A stretch of 64,000 nucleotides of DNA from an uncultured Christensenellaceae bacterium (GTDB taxonomy: Bacteria; Bacillota; Clostridia; Christensenellales; CAG-1252). The position numbers and the translations under genes are program-made. The DNA lies in NCBI GenBank assembly GCA_964561145.1, contig CAZLNZ010000006.1, forward strand, positions 1 through 64,000. Reading direction: 5' to 3'. Each line of letters begins with the position of its first letter. Positions within the stretch are counted from its first letter, which is position 1. The notes beneath the pieces are model-generated. The model did no database searches and was not told the DNA's origin. It saw only the letters and a list, made by a program, of their open reading frames with translations. Shown piece after piece: positions 60,401-64,000 of this stretch.

Positions 60401-63400
60401 GTGCTCAATTTATAACAATGACTACAGCCTATGGCGAGAATACTACCATATTCTATTATGGCGATATACTTTTAGTAAATGCTGTATTTAAGAATGCAAA
60501 GGGAGAAGAGTTAAGTGTTTCCGATGTTCCTGATTCCGATAGCGTTGTGGTTTACAACGGTAGTGGAGATAAGGTGTTTGCGTTAGTTGCACCCAAGACA
60601 GTTGCTTCGTTAGCAAAAACAGATACTTACGGTGCAAAAGCACCTATGATTCCCGATGAGTTTTTCGGAATATATTCTCTTGACGGAGAATCTGCCCTTG
60701 TTATCAAGGGTAACGGCGTCTTTGTATGGGGAGATAAGAGTGGTAACTATACTGCAATCGACGATTCTTCTGTTGAAGCATACGTTGTCGTAGACGATGT
60801 TAACACAGAGTATTACATTTTCACATTATCGGATGGCGGATTTACCTATAATAAAGTTTCGGTAAATGTAAGTTTCTCTTCAAGCGTAGTTCCCGATGAC
60901 GGGGTTCCTTCCGATATTCAAGCAAATAAAAATGTTAATACCGTATTACCTGTTCTTACAGCTGATAACCATGTATTCCGTGGTTGGAAACTAGAAGGCG
61001 ATGATACTATTTATACAGAGTATACCTTTACCGAAGACGTATCTCTTATCGCTTACTGGGATGTTGAGGTTACTTTAACAGTAGTATACGGCAATGGTTT
61101 AGATACAGTTGTTCTTTACTATGGTGCAGGGGATACAACAGCACCTGTTGAGCCGGAGCTTGAGAACGGAAAAGTGTTTGATTACTGGTACTTGTCAAAT
61201 GACGATGGTGCAACCGTAAGCGAGGAATACACTCCTTCTGTTATCACAGAAAATACGGTTATTTATGTAGCTTGGACAAATCCTCCCATTTACATGGGTT
61301 CATATTATGGTGCAAGATTCTATGGATATTCAACATCTCCGAACACACTTTCCGGCAGTGCTTTGACCTTTGACAGAAAGGGGATCGCGACACCTGACGG
61401 AACTGTATTTGCCTCTTATTCAAGCTATAAAAATGCTACTGTAAAATTGAATGTATTGGATTCTGATAGTGGCAAGATTTCTTTAGTATATTCCTATGAA
61501 AGCTCTTCTGAATTGACGACCAAGACGCATTACGGATATATTGATTTTGAATCGGGTATTATTGTAATCAATACTTCCTCGGATAGCGAAAGCTATACAA
61601 GCGTTTGGTTCTTAATTCCTTCCGAGTCACGGTTTACGAACTCTAACTTTAAGACATTAGCGGCTTGGAATAGCAATAAGACTAAGCCTATCTTATATGT
61701 AAACGGTGATGAGGAATACGGTATATTCTACAACAATGATGTAGTGTATATGAACGTATCTTTCTATAACCAAAGCAATGAAAAGTTTGACTTCTCAACA
61801 ACCGGTTTGACAAGACTTACCGTTAAAGATGCAGATGGTGATATTATTGCAGAATATGGTTATGACGGAAGTAAATTTGTCGATCTTGACGGCTATCATG
61901 GAACATATACAGGTACTATTGACGGTGCTAATCACAGCATAGAGTTTAACGGTGTTGGCAGTTTTACCTGTGACGATTGTTCATTGCACGGAACATATGC
62001 TAAAGCCGGTGATACCTTTGATGTATATACCTTAGATGACAATTCTAACAAGGTTAACTACTATGTATTTACGTTGGACGGAAGTTCATTCACCGCTGAA
62101 AAGCCTATGGTTAACGTTAGCTTCGAAACAGATTATGATAATGCTGTTGGCGGAAGCTTCAATAAGAACATTAAAATTGAATTACCTAGTGGTTTAGTCG
62201 ATGATACCCATTATTTCATGGGATGGTTTGTTCAAGGTGACGAGTCTGAAACTTTTGTTTCCGAGTATACGCCTATAAGCGATATAACATTTGTTGCAAA
62301 GTGGCTTGATAAAGTATCCTTAACCATTGTATACGGAAATGAGATTTCCAGTGAAACTCATGTATTCTATGCAGGTGCACATGTATCATTAGATGACTAC
62401 AAGATAATGTATGCAAACGGAAAACTTTTCCAAGGATGGTTTGCCGATGAAGCTTTAGAAACCTCGGTAGATATGACCACTATTGATAGTGACACAACTA
62501 TTTATGCTAAGTACGTTGAGCATGAGCCTTACACAATTACCGATTCATCCACATATCCTTGGGATAGAACCGGCGATGTATGGACAAGCGGAAATTACAA
62601 CAAATCAAGCAGTGAATCCACGATTACAATTGAGGTTTACACCGAAATGGTGATTTCCTTCCAATACGCTTGTGAGTCCGAAAAAGCAACACAATGGGAC
62701 TACTTCAGCATTTCTATCAACGGCTCTACCAAAGCTACAGCTGGTGGTAGCGATAACGGTATTGATTACTTCTTCTCCTATAGTGAAACCTTAAATGCAG
62801 GTGATGTAATCGTATTGAAGTATCAAAAGGACTCCTCTACCAATACGGGTGCCGATATGGCTATTATTAAAAACTTCCTAATTTATGAAGCAAATCATAC
62901 TCATAATTATGAAGCTGTAGTTGCAGACGGATTTATTGCAACCGCTGCAACTTGTAGCGCATACGCAACCTACTATAAGTCTTGTTCGATTTGTCACAAG
63001 GCAGGAACAGACACATTTAGCGGTACCGAATACGGTCCTCACAGTTATGTAGATCACGTTTGTACCGTTTGTAATGGAGATCAACCCTACTATGTAGTAA
63101 CCGTAATGACAAATAACGGAGATGCTCAGTCTTATAACGCTTACGAGGGAATTATCAATATTGACGACTTGAACGCTTTTATTACAGACAAGGATGGTTA
63201 TTACTTCGACGGTTGGTATCTTGACTCAGCATTCACATCTGTACTCGGAGATACAGTTGACAGCAATACAACGGTATATGCAAAGTGGTCTGTAAATTTA
63301 TCCTTATCAGGGCTTGTATTTACCGGTAAGTATTACAATTCTTACGATGAAGCAGATCATAATTTAACCTTAACTTTCGGTGATGATGACACAGCTGTTC

Positions 63401-64000
63401 TTTGGGAAGGTGGCTCGTCTTGGTATTTTAATACCACTTGTGTTGTAAATGGTACCGATATGGTATTTACAATTACAAGTGCAATTTCTGGTAGATCCGA
63501 TATAGGAAAAACATTCCTTGGAAGTATATCCGGAAATACAATAACCTTTGCTAAGGGAACATTCTTTAGCTCTAATGTATATACATTCTACAATGGTGCG
63601 ACAGTATCTTGTGAAAACTTTGTTGCTCCTCACAGCTGTGTATTCAGCGAAGAAGTTGTAGCTGATAAATATCTTGCTAACTCTGCAACCTGTATTTCAA
63701 AGGCAACATATTACAAATCTTGCCCCGATTGCGGTGCCATGGGAAGTGAAACCTTTGAGGTTGGCGAGTATGGCAGTCATAATTATGTAGAAGGATTCTG
63801 TTCCGTTTGTAACGAACCCAAGCCAAAAGATATTTATCAAATAACATTTGTTTTAGGAAACGGTGAAGATGACATAATTGTAAATGCTATAGAAGCAGAG
63901 GCAATAGGCGACCTATTGCCCGCTTCTCCTACAAGAGGTGGCCATTCCTTTATCGGTTGGTTTATCGGTGACGTAGAGGTTACAGCCGATTATATAGTAA
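57445..64000 (+). CDS. Giant surface lipoprotein, 3' partial (more than 2185 aa, open to the window end). It contains repeated Cys-rich ~40-aa modules (H-x-F/W..W..ATC....Y(Y)K.C..CG......G) and many InlB-B / Listeria-Bacteroides-type repeats (F.GW....-10 to 20 aa-...V.AKW).
   Basis: Not in the ORF track because no stop occurs before position 64000. Manual translation from ATG 57445 (RBS AAAGGAGA) gives MRKKVTLILVSLILVLCSLSLLVACNH.. with no stop. At least 7 Cys modules and at least 8 F-x-GW...AKW repeats are visible. Confidence 0.75.
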   Translation, partial: MRKKVTLILVSLILVLCSLSLLVACNHTHTFGDWTITVTPEANKQGVAERVCTDCGEKESVSIPSLTDDKVWTVNIVDATESADGKEIYTSEYGTVEIKIPATGHIWRELVSDEYLASAATCTESATYYKSCACGEKSSEVFSHGDPLDHDFSELHAKVDANCIADGHVEYKTCSRCEKNFSADGKELDSIVIATDSSAHSFGTWVDEVSATCSAEGVKAHKDCTLCGKYFDNDGIEIVDLVIAKNASAHSFGAWVDEVSSSCSKEGVKGHKDCSLCGKHFDADNVEIADLSIAKLNHTFAEIVSDDTLSSGANCQSPAVYYKSCSVCHVKSEETFTCGEIGTHTDENGVCTICNKIKVAIDKNDGSDATIFHVEANSLLDEALLSAPTLENNRFLGWLVEGNAFAANTPITSSITIKAGWADYSGFANKNYRYAYTTNGGVALNYSTVDYNIATNDEGIAIVVGGNTSAPVYPGSTLSFAWLDKAKGLAYIVESYSYTSDSSSDDDDEGWGSSSSSTTSGVRYYLALVDSESGIILRAQYSLTEMPDATASFKVGASAFMLVPTEANVEAVSSDDYKGSKLDSQAGWIFVISYKGTTIYISDNNVYFGVSVCDLSGNALSADSVNNSDSVIISKGDEVIARFGKVEKKFASLDQYAGYYTQGDNTLVVSGLGTFVLGDKIGNYTVALGDYTLDAYVVVDGVNVEYAQITLNGASYTIVYPTARIIFVSNEDGTTAPDAGDYNINIVPSLPVMDNTMTKTFKGWALADGTIVSSSYVVTEDITVTAVWADKVVVNIINSYGNVSVIYLGEGDAIGDYLEACIGESDEYYFIGWYIDMNANGMIDEGDIIVDDEAIISAEDTGLTVIAKWERIPAYVGSYTGSFLRNAGYCYGSSKSLTISVNGEISGTYSGNVVSYADGKLLWIDSSSKQHTFLFDEGGEIIVYLISESGYDYAVFGKDLAKDGKVTLQKGVNAPLQGNESTVKNCAQFITMTTAYGENTTIFYYGDILLVNAVFKNAKGEELSVSDVPDSDSVVVYNGSGDKVFALVAPKTVASLAKTDTYGAKAPMIPDEFFGIYSLDGESALVIKGNGVFVWGDKSGNYTAIDDSSVEAYVVVDDVNTEYYIFTLSDGGFTYNKVSVNVSFSSSVVPDDGVPSDIQANKNVNTVLPVLTADNHVFRGWKLEGDDTIYTEYTFTEDVSLIAYWDVEVTLTVVYGNGLDTVVLYYGAGDTTAPVEPELENGKVFDYWYLSNDDGATVSEEYTPSVITENTVIYVAWTNPPIYMGSYYGARFYGYSTSPNTLSGSALTFDRKGIATPDGTVFASYSSYKNATVKLNVLDSDSGKISLVYSYESSSELTTKTHYGYIDFESGIIVINTSSDSESYTSVWFLIPSESRFTNSNFKTLAAWNSNKTKPILYVNGDEEYGIFYNNDVVYMNVSFYNQSNEKFDFSTTGLTRLTVKDADGDIIAEYGYDGSKFVDLDGYHGTYTGTIDGANHSIEFNGVGSFTCDDCSLHGTYAKAGDTFDVYTLDDNSNKVNYYVFTLDGSSFTAEKPMVNVSFETDYDNAVGGSFNKNIKIELPSGLVDDTHYFMGWFVQGDESETFVSEYTPISDITFVAKWLDKVSLTIVYGNEISSETHVFYAGAHVSLDDYKIMYANGKLFQGWFADEALETSVDMTTIDSDTTIYAKYVEHEPYTITDSSTYPWDRTGDVWTSGNYNKSSSESTITIEVYTEMVISFQYACESEKATQWDYFSISINGSTKATAGGSDNGIDYFFSYSETLNAGDVIVLKYQKDSSTNTGADMAIIKNFLIYEANHTHNYEAVVADGFIATAATCSAYATYYKSCSICHKAGTDTFSGTEYGPHSYVDHVCTVCNGDQPYYVVTVMTNNGDAQSYNAYEGIINIDDLNAFITDKDGYYFDGWYLDSAFTSVLGDTVDSNTTVYAKWSVNLSLSGLVFTGKYYNSYDEADHNLTLTFGDDDTAVLWEGGSSWYFNTTCVVNGTDMVFTITSAISGRSDIGKTFLGSISGNTITFAKGTFFSSNVYTFYNGATVSCENFVAPHSCVFSEEVVADKYLANSATCISKATYYKSCPDCGAMGSETFEVGEYGSHNYVEGFCSVCNEPKPKDIYQITFVLGNGEDDIIVNAIEAEAIGDLLPASPTRGGHSFIGWFIGDVEVTADYIV

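Overview
The window is low-GC, Firmicutes-like chromosomal DNA, read under the standard genetic code. Hints of a spore-forming Clostridia-type organism are a BclA-like collagen protein, the nfeD-floT gene pair, and many lipoproteins with an L-x-A/G-C lipobox. It divides into three parts.

(1) Positions 1-13300 form a repeat-rich accessory island. A large expressed surface-protein gene (1..3316, running off the 5' window edge) is mirrored by an inverted, 5'-truncated and 3'-frameshifted silent copy (10549..12831, minus strand). The two share a ~506-bp core that is identical at the protein level (168/168 aa) with matching DNA wherever spot-checked; the remainder is mosaic and divergent. The ~7.2 kb between the copies carries two DUF4143-type AAA ATPase genes and one AlbA_2/Schlafen-like gene. 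Each is driven by a near-consensus sigma70 promoter, and for ATPase 1 and AlbA_2 that promoter sits inside a palindrome. The same interval holds two families of short repeats. One has a conserved extended -10 module (GAATGTGGTATAATA). The other is a ~80-nt element whose two hairpins are maintained by compensatory base changes, which marks it as a candidate structured RNA or ssDNA element. One ATPase gene is flanked by perfect ~80-bp inverted copies of that element.

(2) Positions 13300-29000 are mostly housekeeping: rtcB divergent from a WYL-domain protein, a TSCPD mini-protein, a two-subunit aconitase-X (AcnX) dehydratase with an OYE/FadH-like reductase, an O-antigen-ligase-like membrane protein, an XRE regulator, a PHP hydrolase, tatD-rsmA, a collagen-like BclA-type protein, and nfeD-floT.

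(3) Positions 29000-64000 are a surface proteolysis and uptake locus, entirely on the plus strand. It contains an HtrA-like lipoprotein protease, an OppABCDF-type peptide ABC transporter with an unusually large binding protein, and a 2487-aa lipoprotein S8 subtilase with a PA domain, Big_2 domains and BspA-type leucine-rich repeats. Four further lipoproteins follow, then a giant lipoprotein with Cys-rich ~40-aa modules and InlB-B / Listeria-Bacteroides repeats that runs off the 3' window edge.

The most novel signals are the inversion-ready cassette architecture of the surface-protein gene and the structured repeat/promoter modules that package the ATPase and Schlafen-like cargo genes.
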